Positions 28,924 to 42,146 of a DNA stretch of 64,000 bases are shown piece after piece. The notes beneath the pieces were generated by a model. It saw nothing but the letters and a program-made list of their open reading frames with translations. It ran no database searches and was not told where the DNA came from. The position numbers and the translations under genes were made by a program. The stretch is from Trichinella spiralis (taxonomy: Eukaryota). Positions within the stretch are counted from its first letter, which is position 1. Each line of letters begins with the position of its first letter. The stretch covers positions 11,336,007-11,400,006 of the forward strand of contig NW_003526943.1 of assembly GCF_000181795.1 (NCBI RefSeq), given 5' to 3'.

Positions 28924-30006
28924 TCAAGCCCAAATTCTCAGTGTGGAATCCCAAGAGGCGGTGCAGAAGGCGGTGCCGTCGGGCGAGGTGGACAATTTCG
29001 AAACGCGATTCTCGTGTCCGTAAAGCATGCTAATTCGGTAACACTTCAGCACATCCCAAATGGCAACGGTGTAATCGCCGACGCCGGCTATCAGCAGACG
29101 ACCGCTGGCCGAAAAGTCGACATCATTCACCGGGAAGATGATGCTCTTTTTGCTGTATTCGCAGACTTGACGGTCGGCTCTCAAATCGAACAGACGGCAA
29201 CTCGAGTCGTCGGAACCGGTGGCAAACGCGTCACCGCACGGATGGAAACGGACCGCGTTGATGTCCGCCTCGTGGCCTTCGAAGCACTGCACGCACTGGC
29301 CGCTGCGGATATCCCAGACCAACGCCTGCCGGTCCGCGCCGCCGGATATGAAAATGTTGCTGGTGTCGGCTTTGGGGATGTCGATCGAAAACACGTCGCT
29401 CATGTGACCGTGGAAGCTCTGGATCATTTGACTGCTTTCGACATCCCATATGGCGCAGGTCGAATCGCCGCTGCTGGTCAAGATCAAATTATCCGACCGC
29501 AAAAATGTGCAACAGGACATGTAGCTGGTGTGCGTGGCCACGGCCCGCTTTTTGGTCGAAATATCCTCGTGCAAGCTCAACGGATATATGGTGCACTTGT
29601 TGTCCAAGCCGCCGCAGGCGATCAGAGACGAAGACGGCGAGTAGGCGCAGGCCATCACCCACGTGGTCGGCATGGTGATCGCGTGCTCTTTGTTCGTCGT
29701 GAACGCATCCCAGACGATCACCTTGCCGTCGTGGCTCGACGACACCACGTGACGCTTGTCGTTGCTCCAATCCATGCAGAGCACCTTGCCCTGGTGACCC
29801 TTGAGCAAGCGCCGCTGCTTGATATTGAAGCTGGGTACTGGTTCCACTTTTTCCGCCAGGCAAGTGATCGGCACGTCGTTCCATTTGCGCCTTTCGCTGT
29901 TCAGCCGACTGCGGAGCCGTTCCGCTTCTTTCACCAACGCATCCACACACTCGGTCTGATTCTTCGAGGATGTCGTCAACAATTCTGACGTCGACTGTTC
30001 CGACAT
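28924..30006 (-). CDS. GNB5: Heterotrimeric G protein beta-5 subunit (gpb-2/GNB5 orthologue), single coding exon, ~360 aa
   Basis: N-terminal coiled coil plus 7 WD40 repeats. G-beta-5-type sequences [56 protein letters not shown] and LYGHENRVS...[10 protein letters not shown]. First ATG at 30006 (the ORF caller starts at a TTG). Confidence 0.96.
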   Translation of the reverse strand: MSEQSTSELLTTSSKNQTECVDALVKEAERLRSRLNSERRKWNDVPITCLAEKVEPVPSFNIKQRRLLKGHQGKVLCMDWSNDKRHVVSSSHDGKVIVWDAFTTNKEHAITMPTTWVMACAYSPSSSLIACGGLDNKCTIYPLSLHEDISTKKRAVATHTSYMSCCTFLRSDNLILTSSGDSTCAIWDVESSQMIQSFHGHMSDVFSIDIPKADTSNIFISGGADRQALVWDIRSGQCVQCFEGHEADINAVRFHPCGDAFATGSDDSSCRLFDLRADRQVCEYSKKSIIFPVNDVDFSASGRLLIAGVGDYTVAIWDVLKCYRISMLYGHENRVSKLSTSPDGTAFCTASWDSTLRIWA

Positions 30007-32486
30007 ATCCCCAACCAAGCAACTTCAGCAGGCTTCAAGAAGCTCGGCTCGGCGAGTATTGTGGCAGTGAATTTGCAATTTGCTCCACACTCCACGCTGC
30101 AATGTTATACAAATTAAATAAACTCTATCTATCAACATGAAACTTTCACTTATTTTCATTTGTACGTCTAGTAAAATCAAATCACTCTTCAATCCTATAT
30201 CAACATAACTAAACAAACTGCATGTAAATTGCAAATGCATGTGTATGCCATTTGAATTATGAATATTTTTGCCTGTTGTGCAATTTATACATAATGAATG
30301 AAATTCTCTGCAATTGATCAATAAGATCAGAAAAAGTAATTCAACTATTAAACTGAAAATTCAATTCAATTCAATTCAATTGCAATAATTCAAATTCCGA
30401 AAAATTATTGCAATGTGCTCAAAATTAGAAAAACAAAGAACACCACTGATCAAAACAACAATTGACAAAGTTGCAAAGAATAGAAGTGCAACAAATATTG
30501 TGCTGGTATTTTGCATGCTTAAAATTGTCAAATGAGAAATTTTCTTCAAATGCCGACGCAATTTTGAAACAAATTCAACATCTCTTGATTAAAAACATTA
30601 ATAAGAAAAGCGCAGATAGCGGAAGAATGAAATTCATCGCATGCATGTTGATGAATTCCAAGTGTCCGCTGAATGTGGCGGCCCTGTGAAGCAACTGAAC
30701 TAATAATTACAACTCCACAAATGATGATGGATGAGTCAATCATCATCATCATCATCATCATCATAAATTACCCTTGCGATGTTTAAAACAAGCATATTCA
30801 CTTCATGAAAAATGAAACAATAAATACGTGCTACTTTTTCCTCAAAAAATTCTTCATCAATATCATAATCAATTTCTCTTACCAATATATGAAAACAATA
30901 ACATAACATTTGCTAATCAGATTAATTAAACCGATCAACTGCAAATGAAACACGCAAAAGGAAAAAAAGTACTTAAATTCAAACCGCTGAATGCAAAAAA
31001 AATTCTTTTCAAAATTACATGTATACATTTATTAAATAAATTTGTCAAACACAGCGGAAAAAGCATTTAAATAATTGAAATATATAAAATGATACGTCGG
31101 TTTTCGTTTTTTTCCAAAAAAATCAACTGATTTTCATCATATTTGCACATGGCATGCAGGTGAATTTATCAAAGATGTTTCGTTTTAAATAACAAGAAAT
31201 TCGAAATACAAATAAATAAAAAATGACTAGAAAAGAATACCAAAAACAATACTACTTATTAACATTTACTCACACACTAGAAAGTATCTTAAAGCAATAT
31301 TTTAATACAGAAAAACCTATAAAAACATCTCCTTGATAATGTAAAAAGCTTTGTTGAATCATACATGGAAGAACATTTACAAAGTGAATTAAACGCAAAT
31401 ATCACAGTTTACACAATTTATGAGCAGTTATCATGGAATATATCCAGATCAAAAACATAAATAAATAATGAAAACAAAAAAGTAAAAATAAACACGAGTT
31501 TAAATATCATAAAGCACTAGTCAATAACTCACCAAAGTTAAACCATGCATACATTACTCCCTTCATCAATGTTGTTATCAAAACATGCATTATGACCAGC
31601 CAAATAGTATACTGTAATTTTCAAGTACTATTAGAAAAAATTTGTTATTTTGTCCAACGTATAATGCAAAACATGAAAAACTATAAACTGAAAGTTTTTA
31701 AACTAAATAAAAGAAAATCAGACACTGTAACAAAAGTTATTATAAACTAATTAAGAAATGCTTGTAAGGAAAATTGCTGAATATTTGCAAATAATGCATA
31801 GCCAGTGAATAATTGCCATTAGATACGCATATAATAATAATAAATCGTTAAATAAGAACACATTGAACAGTTTATAATGAGCACAGAAAGTAATAAAAAT
31901 ACGATCTGCATCATAAAATAACTCCGTATATTGCTTTGTTAGCTTGATGCTAACCACATTTTTTCAATGCAGAGTTCAAATTACTGAAACAATTCGATTT
32001 TTCAGTTTATTCTACTAGTCGAAGATAATTTATTGTATCACCATAACAATTCTGTAAAATCCTATTTTTTGCCACAGTCTGTATTTATTGAAAAAAGTTG
32101 CTTTCAAGATTTAAAAATGAAATGCTTATTTATAAAATACAGACAACGACAAACAACATGTACACATATGATTATGTATGAACGTAGATATTGTTGTCGA
32201 CACTTTTTAATATCACAGCAACAATGATAACAGATAACAGGCCAGTATTGATCTTTTACTTTATATTTTGAGCTCAAAATATTTCTATAGTCCAATTTCA
32301 ATCAATGGCAAATGCAAAATTAAAGCAACAGAGTTATAGAAATAAATATTTTCCCCATTGAATAAAAAACAATGTTTAATTGTTCAATAGCAAAAATGAT
32401 GTATTTACAAAATTTAAAAAAAGAAAAATTAATGTGTATTTTGATATTTTTATCATTTATTACCAGCAAAAGAAAGAAATTTCAAA

Positions 32487-34529
32487 TTACATTATTTGAT
32501 TGGTGTTCCAAAAGGACTGTTTTTCTTCTTTTACACGAACTGGTGAGGAAAGTAAATTTCCATTATCAAAAAAGTATAATCTTCTATCCAGTGGATTGTA
32601 ATTCAACATTGTAGTTTTGTAAAATGGATTTCTCCACTTTATAGAAATGTTGTAAAATTTTTCTTCATACAGATCATACACAAAGTCTATATTTGAATCA
32701 TAATCTGTTGAACTACGCAAACCGTACAAAACACCACACATGATGAACATATTGCTAATGGATGTTTCATTGTTCAGAGGAACTAATAAAGATCTTATTA
32801 AAGTGAGATAATTTGCATCAATATTTACGACGCTTAAGGTGTTGTTTTCATACGTGTTGCCGTAAATCAACCAAAGCCCATTTTCATCGGTAGCAAAATC
32901 AGCAAAATTGTGTGACATATTGTACAAGTAAGGATCTCTGACTGTCGAAGCATTGCAGTCCCATATTTGGTTCCCATCAGGACTGAATTCTTTTAATATA
33001 CAATCCTACAATGTTTGAACAACGTAAAATAAATTAAAATTTGTTGACTAAAACAGTTTCTCATATTACCCGATAAGCTAAATTAGGCACTTTGCGCTGA
33101 TGGAGATTTCCACTGTCCAAATTATAACGAACAACATAAGGTGAATTGTAGCGATGATAAAAGAAGCTGCCGTTGTAAACAACACCACCCGTTCCTGTAG
33201 CTAAGTAATCGACATAATATTTCACCGATTGACTTTTGTAAAACAAGTCAAGCTCAGTTTTATATTCATAAAGCACCGGCGACACGAGACCATCAAATAC
33301 CCATCGTTTATGCGACATTCTGCCATTCTCAGATGCAGCATCTGGCATCCACGCACCCACATTGCCATATTGACTTTCACTGTGAAATACTGGAGTACCT
33401 ACCCGATCCAAAATGCATTCTAGTATTGAAAATTTGAACATGTATTCATATTTTTTTAAGACGCATATAAATGCAAATAATTATACTTCTAGCATTGACA
33501 AGTTCTGCTGAAAATTCGTCAGTTGTTTTGTCGTTCAGATCTTTTTCAACAGATTCTAAATTACATGAAAAAAATAAAAAATAAAAGTTTCTTTTTGTTT
33601 TCTATAAAATACCTGTAGTTGTCACTAAAACAACTTCTAAAGTAGCGTTTTCAATGCTCGTTTCGTTTGTTAACTGTACTGCCTCTGTCGTCTGTGGGTA
33701 CAATTTCAGCATATCATCCAGGGTACAGTTGCAAGTTCCTGAATATATGTATTTTATCATTATTTATATTTTGCATCTTTTATTTTAAAAAACGTAAACC
33801 ATTTTTCCCAGGCAGTCCATCAATACCCTTTGGTCCAATGGAACCCAATGGACCTCGAAATCCAACAGGTCCTTTTTTACCCTTTACTCCTCGAATTCCT
33901 GGCGGACCTTCAGGACCTCTTTGTCCTGTGAAAAGAATAAATATAATTTATTTTTCAATGAAATATTAATTTTATTTTTTTTATTCATCAAAATATGATA
34001 TCAAAAAATGATACCTGGTGCACCACGTAATTTTTTGTGATTTACAATGCAGTGTTGTTTAATAATGATGCAATATCGAAATACGGCTGCTTTCTAAGAT
34101 AAAACAAGAAGTTGCTTAGTTGTTTTCTTTAAATTCACAATAACAATATTCAGAAGTGAAATAAATTACTGAAATTTTGTGAAAAGGTGATATATGAATC
34201 CACTCGTCAGGTTCATCAATTGAAAAGTCAGTTTTGTTGGGAAAAGTTGTTCCATCTTGCGATTGTCGTTTTCGTCTTGGACTTTTTCTTTGCCATTTTA
34301 ATTCCATCTCAGCCAAACAGTTTTCAGCTTGAAATTTAAATGGAAATTTTACCGTGCAAGTTGCCAGCCTGAGTGAGGATTTCAAATTTTCCAGTTCAAC
34401 GCTAACTCTGTGCAAAGCGACGAAACTGTCCATGCCGAACAGCAGTGAAGCTCCAATGCTAATGGTGTTGATGATGAAATACAATTTCCACTTTGAATTC
34501 GCTTGATCGGCGTTGATTGCAATTTGCAT
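32487..34529 (-). CDS. Colmedin (type II TM + collagen + olfactomedin; UNC-122/COF-2/gliomedin family), multi-exon
   Basis: N-terminal hydrophobic anchor ([18 protein letters not shown]) and furin site RRKR. A Gly-X-Y exon at ~33800-33927 reads [43 protein letters not shown]. Olfactomedin motifs [58 protein letters not shown]. Confidence 0.9.
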
Positions 34530-35096
34530 TTCAAATTTCAGAGAAATCTTATACGTTGAAAATTTTATTTCACGATTCAACAGCCCCTTCGCAGCCAAAT
34601 AAACATGCAAACTGGTCGTCGACGATGGAGATGTCTAGACGTTAGGTGGTGGTTGTGTGATTTGCAAACAACGAATGCTGAACTTTCAAACTTTTACTGA
34701 TGATGATTAAAAAATTATTTATTCAACTTGTAAATTCACTTTTAATGTTCACTTTTCAACGGATTATATTCCATCTTGCAATCACAATCATGCGTCGATG
34801 CATGCGCGGTTGTTATGTAAATTTTAAAATTTATGCTTGTTTCAATGGCAGTACCAGTCTGAGCGTAGTAGGTTGAATCAAGATGTATAAGAATGTTAAA
34901 CTTGTGATGTTTACTTTAAAGTTGAAGCCAATAATTCTAAATGAACGTAGGTTTGTTTATTTTTAAATGAAACAAAATTACATTTGATGAACTTTGCAAA
35001 TTTAATAAATAATAATATTTTTTGAGCAATAATAAGAAAACAAATACTAATTCTAAATTATGAAATAAGTTAGGTAAGTCGAAAAGAAAATTATCA

Positions 35097-36286
35097 TTAG
35101 CTTTGGTTGATAACAACTTGATCATCAGCTTTTGTATCGTCGTTTAAACGGTTGCCTGATTTAGTTTTGCGTAAATGAAAGGAGAGTTTTTGGAAATTTT
35201 TCATCAGCGACCTGTCGTACAGGAGATAGTGCAACGCTCGAAGGGTGTAGCCGAGCATGATCAGAGTCCAGAAGCTGCTTAAAATGGCCGTCGTCTTAGG
35301 GTAGATGGTTTTGATTATGCCAATTATACCGGGCAGCGTTTGCAACAGGAAGCCGAAGAATACAAATGCCAGAGTGCGATGGAGCACAGCCGCGGCACGC
35401 CTGCCGTACACTTGTCTGACGCTGACGCTTGAACTGCTGCTCTTGCGTCTCACCCAAATGGCGGCCAAAACAAACAGAACAATGTCGATTAAGCCGACGA
35501 AGATGTTTGTCACATCGTAGATGTACATAAATTGGATCGGAATCACTTCACGCACAAAACAGCAAGCTGAAATTTCCTCCTGTTCTCGGTAAATGATGGA
35601 AATTATGTTCGCAACCGTCGGAACCAGGGACACGCACGGAATAAGCAGAAAGCACCAGTTGACAGTTTTGTTGTTCATCTTCAACCTCGAATTATTGATT
35701 ACCACGACGGTGAAGCAGTCCACTGCCGAAGCTAATACCGAAAGCATCACCATTTGATCACCAAACGGATATACAATCAAATTTGCATATTGTGCGAGGC
35801 AGAGTCTGGGCGTTGTCGTTGCAGTCGTATCCAAACAACCGCTGAGTATTTTTTTGAATATCGAAAAGGCGTAACAAGATCCCATGAGTAGAGCACCGCT
35901 GGCAAAAACTACAAAATTTAACTATTATAATTAATCGTATTTTGCGCATTTTATCTTAAATTATTCTTCTTTTAATATTTAATATTTTTTCATCTTTAAA
36001 TGAAAAATATGTTTCTTCAGGCAGTATGTCATTTATACATATACAAATATATTTATGCTTTTTTGAATATTACAAATTGTTTCTTCAAAAATTCAGTTGA
36101 ATAAATAAAATACTTACTTGCGCATAACTTGTCAAATTTTTCAAGTACTTTTTTCGATAAAATCATTACCAACAGCACGAAATTGATAACAGTTCCTAAT
36201 ATTGCCAAACATAATAATAAACCTAGGGTAATATTTTCGTGCAAGCTTGTCGGCACTAAATCAGATCCATTGATAATGAGAGCCAT
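35097..36286 (-). CDS. Rhodopsin-like 7TM receptor (nematode chemoreceptor, Srsx-like), 2 exons
   Basis: Exons 36286-36118 and 35908-35097 (phase 1). About 7 hydrophobic segments; TM1 GTVIN, Cys before TM3, AVDCF at the DRY position, ECL2 Cys, TM6 LP. Confidence 0.78.
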
Positions 36287-37460
36287 TCTAAAAAACACCA
36301 AAACAGATAAATAACGAGATGATGAACTGATATTCTTAGAACAAAACAAAAAGATACATTTGATTAGTAAAAGTAAAATTTTTATATAGAGATTTTTTTT
36401 CTGAAAAAGATATGCAATCAATGTTATATTATTCACTGGATAACTGCGGCATGTAAGAAGCTTATAAATAGAACTGAAATATGCATTATGTTAAAAGCAA
36501 TCGAATGAAGTAAAGTGATTGTTAATTTTTACTATAAACTATTCTGTGCTTTCATTAATTTTTTATCAAAAATTGTGCTAAATTAAAAATAAATTAACTG
36601 TAGAATTGACCGTTTTATAATAGTTGTTGTTCAACTTTTATAAATTATTCAAATGAAAATTTTCGTATACTTAGATGTTCAATAAGCTAATTTGTTAAAA
36701 TGTTTGTTGTTGAAAATTTGTGCCTCAATAACTTGATAAACAAAGTAAAAAATGCATGCAGAGTGCGAAAAATTGAAATGTTGTTTGCTAATTATTAGAA
36801 AGCTCCAAAATAGGTACAGTTAGTTTGAAAATTGAGAAAATAATTATGAGAAATTAAGAAAGCTATTAATTTATAATCTGCAAACAAAAAACTTATTTAA
36901 AACCTTTTCTCATGAAACAGGCTAAATTGTATTCAGAATTTCAAGTTTAAACCTTACTCCGCTTTGTACAAGTTTGCAATCACGTAGTCAGCAATAATAA
37001 GTTAACACATTATTCTTATTATTGTCAGAATCATCATCAATATTTAATTATAGTGAAATTTCAGTTTTATTAAATTAGTTGGAAATTCATTCAACTTATG
37101 TATGACAGAACGAATTTGTTGCATTTGAAGCATTAACTGAATATAATAATAAATAAATGGATTTGAAAATTATTTATTTTAAATTATTTGAATTTTCAAA
37201 ACACAACAATGGAATATGAAATGCCTTGTCTTCAGCTGCATGAAAAGCTGATCACCTTGCATAATAATCTGAATTCAGTTTTCAATAATAATTTAGAAAT
37301 ACAAATTTTAAGTATAAATATAACTTGAAATGAAAACTTAAACCAATAACTTCTCTTATATTTAAATAATAATTTCTTATTAAAAAATATTCATTTATAT
37401 TGAATTTATTTTTATTATTTATTACATAACATTTTATATATGAATGCTTTTCAGAAAACA

Positions 37461-38069
37461 CGATTGAATTTGGTTAAGTGCACATGAAATTTGTCAAGAA
37501 ATTCCATGCACTTGTCCAAAGTTGGGAATTATGCAGAGCAATTGAAAGGAGCAATAACTTCACATTCACAAATAAGTTTGATGTGAAAAAAATGCCCATT
37601 TATTTCAAATAAAATAATTGGAAATGTAAGCTTGAATTACATTTTGTGGTACCAGCGTTACTATCTGCTCTTCGATTCTGTCTAGGTCTGTTTGATTTAT
37701 GCTGTGAATAGCTGTGAATAGCTTCCTGGGAAAGCAGTAGTTGTTTTGACTTTTGTCTAGCTCACGTTGTCTGTGATACGCGTGCTTCTTCTGATATAGC
37801 AAACAATAAACTTTACCGACTATCAATAGTTGCTATGGCTGATGATAAACGTAAAGCGGCCATAAACGAGCCTATTGTGCACTTAAGGACTGTATATTGC
37901 GAACAGTAAATCCCGTCAGTCTAGGCAAAATGATGCACTTAACCAAGTTGTGCCCTTATCCATTATTTTTTACCCAGTGATTAACTGCAGGGAATTCTGT
38001 TAAACCAAAATTTTGTGCACTTAAGGGAAATGTGCACTTATCCAATATGCACTTAATCAAGTTCGACTG
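37461..38069. mobile_element. Degenerate non-autonomous DNA transposon/MITE (Tc1/mariner-pogo-like)
   Basis: The right end reads (revcomp) TA-CAGTCGAACTTGATTAAGTGCATAT; the left end CGATTGAATTTGGTTAAGTGCACAT is a decayed inverted copy. A TGCACTTAA motif repeats subterminally (~37878, 37934, 38016, 38033, 38048). No transposase ORF. Confidence 0.6.
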
Positions 38070-39582
38070 TATTTTAAGGAAATGTACATATATGCAGATA
38101 TCTGTGCAGCATACAAATATTTCTCAATAACAATAAAATACTTTTACCTTTTCTTTTAACCATTAATAATGCATAGCAATGAAAAAAGCAGATATATTTT
38201 TTATCATTTGTAATTATTAATTTTGAAAAGTGGCTATTATAATTCTTTTAGTTAAATTTCCTTTAATTTAAAATATGAAAAAATGCTTTAAAACTATAAA
38301 ATTTGCATTAGCTTGAATGTGATTATTTGAAACTTGACATTTTTTAACACTTACACTATTTCTTAATGTGAACACTTTTTATTTTCAAGTAACTTATCCC
38401 ATGAAACATGTCACAAAATACCGTATCAAATGCTAATAAAAAGTGAAGCCAATCATTTTTCAATGCATCACTTGATTTTTATGCAAACTTAAACACATAC
38501 CTTGCTCAATTTATTCTTTTTGCTGAATTACAGCATCAACGTTGATTTTAAAATAACTGAATGAATTGATTATTTTTCAAATTTCATTCTTTATCTTCCT
38601 GCTTTATATAAAGCAATCGGCGAGCAGTGTGCACTAATTTACCAGTCTATTAATAAAACTGCTTTCTGTTTGCAATTATTGATCCATCATAATATAGTTT
38701 TCAAGCTGTTAATTTAATGCAGCTCAAAATTAGCACTTATCTCGTTATGTTATAATTCTATTAGCTTTTAATTCTACAATCAATAATAAAAACAACAATA
38801 ATGCTTGCAAAAGAGAAACTCAGAAAAACATTTAATAAAGATAAAGGTGAAATGAGTTTTTAAATTTAAAATTTGAGGTAAAAAATTGAAAAAAATTGCC
38901 TTTTACTTTTCTTGCATTTCTAAAAATGCATTAGATGCACTTTGAAAAAAACGTTTGACAAAAAATATTAAAAAATAACTTATTTACAATTACAATTCGT
39001 GTTAAATTATTAAAAACAGTTATAAAGAATTATGCAAAAAATAATTGCACTGACTTAGCAGATAATTATAAGTACGTAATGCAATTATTTTTACAAAATT
39101 TCATTTGTGATAATAGAGAAAGTAGAAAAATAATTAATTGTACTCAGCTGTAAAATGAAATCTTCTAATAAATGATGGCTATAAATGTTTCCGAATATTG
39201 TCATTGTACTGGTTTACCAAATAATCAACAATATTTATGAAATTCATTTATTATTCAATGCACTTGATAATCAAAATTGTCAATGACAGTAATGTAAATA
39301 ATTATTCATCCACTTTGCAATTAATTGCAATAAGTTTTATTACCGTACAATGTATTCAAAATAATGATTAAAATTCAAATAAACAAATAAATATTCAAAG
39401 ATGAATACTGATGAAAGTAAAAATGCTCAAATTACTGAAAACAGAATAAATGACAATGCAAGTGCGACAATTACAAAATTTGAACTTAAAAATCAACAGC
39501 AACTGCGCCGCCGTGCGAGATAACTGTTGTAGAACAACGGCAACAGGAATTCCACTGCACGACAAGGTTACTTCGTTGAACG

Positions 39583-40236
39583 ATGAGCAACAACGACGGC
39601 TCTTTGTTGGATTCGGATTTTTTGAACAAAAATCCAATGGAAATTTTTCAACAGTGGTACAACACGGCGAAGGTGCACGAGCCGAAGAGTTTCCCATTAT
39701 TCACCTTGTCGACTGTGGACGAAATGAACAAGCCCCATTCGAGGACCATGGCCCTGGTTAAGTACGACTTGAACGGTTTCAAATTTTGTTCCAACGGAAA
39801 CAGCCCAAAAGCCAATCACCTGCGCAATAATCAATTCGCCTCGTTGTGCTTCTACTGGCCGAACTGTCAGAGGCAAGTTGTTGTCGAAGGAACCACCGAA
39901 GAGATGCCCAGACACCAAGTGGAAGCGATTTTTGCCAACGGAACCAACATTGAAGGTAAAATAACCAATATCGCTTTGGAATTTCAAAGCGAACCGATTG
40001 CTAGCTACGACCGCGTGAACGAAAAGCGGGAAGAGATTCGCCGTTGGATGTTGTTCAATGCAAATTCACTACCATGTCCTGATTACATTGTTGGTTATAA
40101 TTTGATTCCGGATAAGATTGAATTTTTAAAATTTAATGAAAATTACGCACACGAAAGAATCCATCTACGGCGGAATGACGATAAAACGGCAAATGCTGGC
40201 AACGAAAGTTGGATATTCCAACGGTTAACTCCTTGA
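39583..40236 (+). CDS. Pyridoxine/pyridoxamine 5'-phosphate oxidase-like flavoprotein (PdxH/PNPO fold), divergent active site, single exon, 217 aa
   Basis: NPMEIFQQWY, LSTVDEMNKPHSR, NSPKA, ASLCFYWP..QRQVVVEG, QS, IEF, H.R and terminal W..QRLTP are collinear with PdxH/PNPO. Confidence 0.88.
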   Translation: MSNNDGSLLDSDFLNKNPMEIFQQWYNTAKVHEPKSFPLFTLSTVDEMNKPHSRTMALVKYDLNGFKFCSNGNSPKANHLRNNQFASLCFYWPNCQRQVVVEGTTEEMPRHQVEAIFANGTNIEGKITNIALEFQSEPIASYDRVNEKREEIRRWMLFNANSLPCPDYIVGYNLIPDKIEFLKFNENYAHERIHLRRNDDKTANAGNESWIFQRLTP

Positions 40237-40388
40237 TAAATTAGAAATCCCAAAACAGCTCTGTTGACTATTTTTTGCCACATCTTATGGCACAAATGCA
40301 ATGTTTTGCTGTGAAATTGCAGATTTTTTCCAATATAATTTAGCAAACAAACAAACACAATCGATCGTCCAAATAAACAGGATGTTAT

Positions 40389-41285
40389 TTATTGTTTCGC
40401 TTCCAGCTTTTCAAAGTGTTTTTTTGCATTTTGAATATTCAGACGAGTTATCGATGCAATACTGGTATTGGACACGACAACCATGACGTAAGTGTTGCTT
40501 GTGAATGTGTCGATGAAGGCGGCAAAATTGGAATTTGTCACTTCCATACTGTCGAAATGAGTGCCAAGTTTGCTGCAGCTCAATTTAAATTGTTTGATTA
40601 TGTTGCTGATCTTTTCGAAACGATGCTCGTCTCGATTGCCGTTGCGATGGCAGTGAGAAATGACCAGAAATGTAGCCCTTTCGAATAGTAAAACCTCGTC
40701 CGCCTCGATAACTGAACAGAAATATTCTAAGCTGGATTCAATTGCATGTACGTTCGGTATTAGCTGATAAACTATAGCTGACCATGCTTTGTACAAAGTC
40801 TCGTCCCAAATGGAAGTACTAAAGCAAACACACTTCATTGGTTCAGTAAGTCGAGCTAAATCTTTCTCTCTTTCCAGCAACACAGCATCACGGTGTTTGA
40901 CATGAACCAGATCCATTTTGTGAACAAGGCAAAATATTTCCGCTTTAGGCGAATGCTGCAAAATCGCCTCCAAACAAGTTTGATAATATTGGTAATCCTT
41001 TTCCACCTCCCTGCTTTTCACGTCGAACACGTAGATGAGAACTTCCACGTTGCGAAATATTTGATCCCTCTGCGAAGTGAAATAGTTTTCCATAAACGCC
41101 TCTTGTCCGCCGCAGTCCCAAATGTTCAACACCAAATTTCCAAGAAGACGTACATGAGCATGCTCTACATCCATAGTGGGTCCCAAACATCGAGTATCTC
41201 TGGCGATGAAGTTGGCAAAAATTATCGACCGCATGCTAGTCTTTCCTGATCCACTCTTCCCCATCAGCAGAACTTTCTTCTTCAT
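40389..41285 (-). CDS. RRAGA: Ras-related GTP-binding protein A/B (RagA/Gtr1, raga-1), single coding exon, ~298 aa
   Basis: [84 protein letters not shown] at 41285. Confidence 0.97.
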   Translation of the reverse strand: MKKKVLLMGKSGSGKTSMRSIIFANFIARDTRCLGPTMDVEHAHVRLLGNLVLNIWDCGGQEAFMENYFTSQRDQIFRNVEVLIYVFDVKSREVEKDYQYYQTCLEAILQHSPKAEIFCLVHKMDLVHVKHRDAVLLEREKDLARLTEPMKCVCFSTSIWDETLYKAWSAIVYQLIPNVHAIESSLEYFCSVIEADEVLLFERATFLVISHCHRNGNRDEHRFEKISNIIKQFKLSCSKLGTHFDSMEVTNSNFAAFIDTFTSNTYVMVVVSNTSIASITRLNIQNAKKHFEKLEAKQ

Positions 41286-41975
41286 TTTCAACTTTTTATT
41301 TCAGGCTGAATTATTTCCATTAAGATACAGAAAAATCAAATAAGCAAACTTTTAAATCACAAAAGGAACAAATTATTACATCGCTGTTGAAAAATTCAAA
41401 ACTTTCAGTTAAATTTTACAACTTTTACACTGCCAGCAAGTAAAAAAGACTACATTTACCGGTGAAAATATAACTTTGACGGCTACTGCATAAATGCACA
41501 GTAGCCGTTTCTTCAGCAACTTAATCGTTTCTTTGTTATCTATGGAAATAAACGTATCAAATGTGTATTAGCATCAATTATATAAAAGGTAACATGATAA
41601 ATTTGAAATTTTTACAACATTAAACATTAAACAGTTCAATCATTCATGAAAATTTACGACTCAGCTATGTCATGGGAATCATCTGCTTAACGAACAGTGT
41701 AATATTAAAGTACCTTTATTTGTAAAATACAATAAATAAATTATATGACATCAATGCTTACAACCTCATTTTTATTCGTTTAAAAATAAAATATCAAAAA
41801 TCAAATCCGTAGTATCAGTTGCAATAATAGTACAGTAAACAGATTTGCAGGTAATTATTGTTTCAATATGCATTTAATTTTATGAAAACAAAAGAGAATT
41901 TTAATTTAGCATTTTACTTATAAAATACTTAGCTGTAATAATAAATAATAAATATTAAGATTTATATAATAGTAT

Positions 41976-42126
41976 TGTTGCGTACAACGTTTACTCGATC
42001 GAACACGAAACACACACAAGCTAGCTAACTAACTAACTATTTATATCAACAACCATACTGTTTTTGTGGGTTAATAATGAGTAGGTATCAATCTCGCATT
42101 AAGTACAGTATGACGGTTCCGCTACA
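41976..42126 (-). repeat. 3' LTR (151 bp)
   Basis: TGTTGCGTAC...TTCCGCTACA; 2 substitutions relative to the other LTR. A purine tract (CTGGGGGAGGGCTG on -) abuts it at 42127-42140. Confidence 0.95.
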
Positions 42127-42146
42127 CAGCCCTCCCCCAGATGAAG

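Noticed and set aside
29014..30022. 324-aa + strand ORF and 177-aa alternate-frame ORF over GNB5
   Set aside because: Shadow ORFs produced by GC3-rich codon usage; no recognisable domain.
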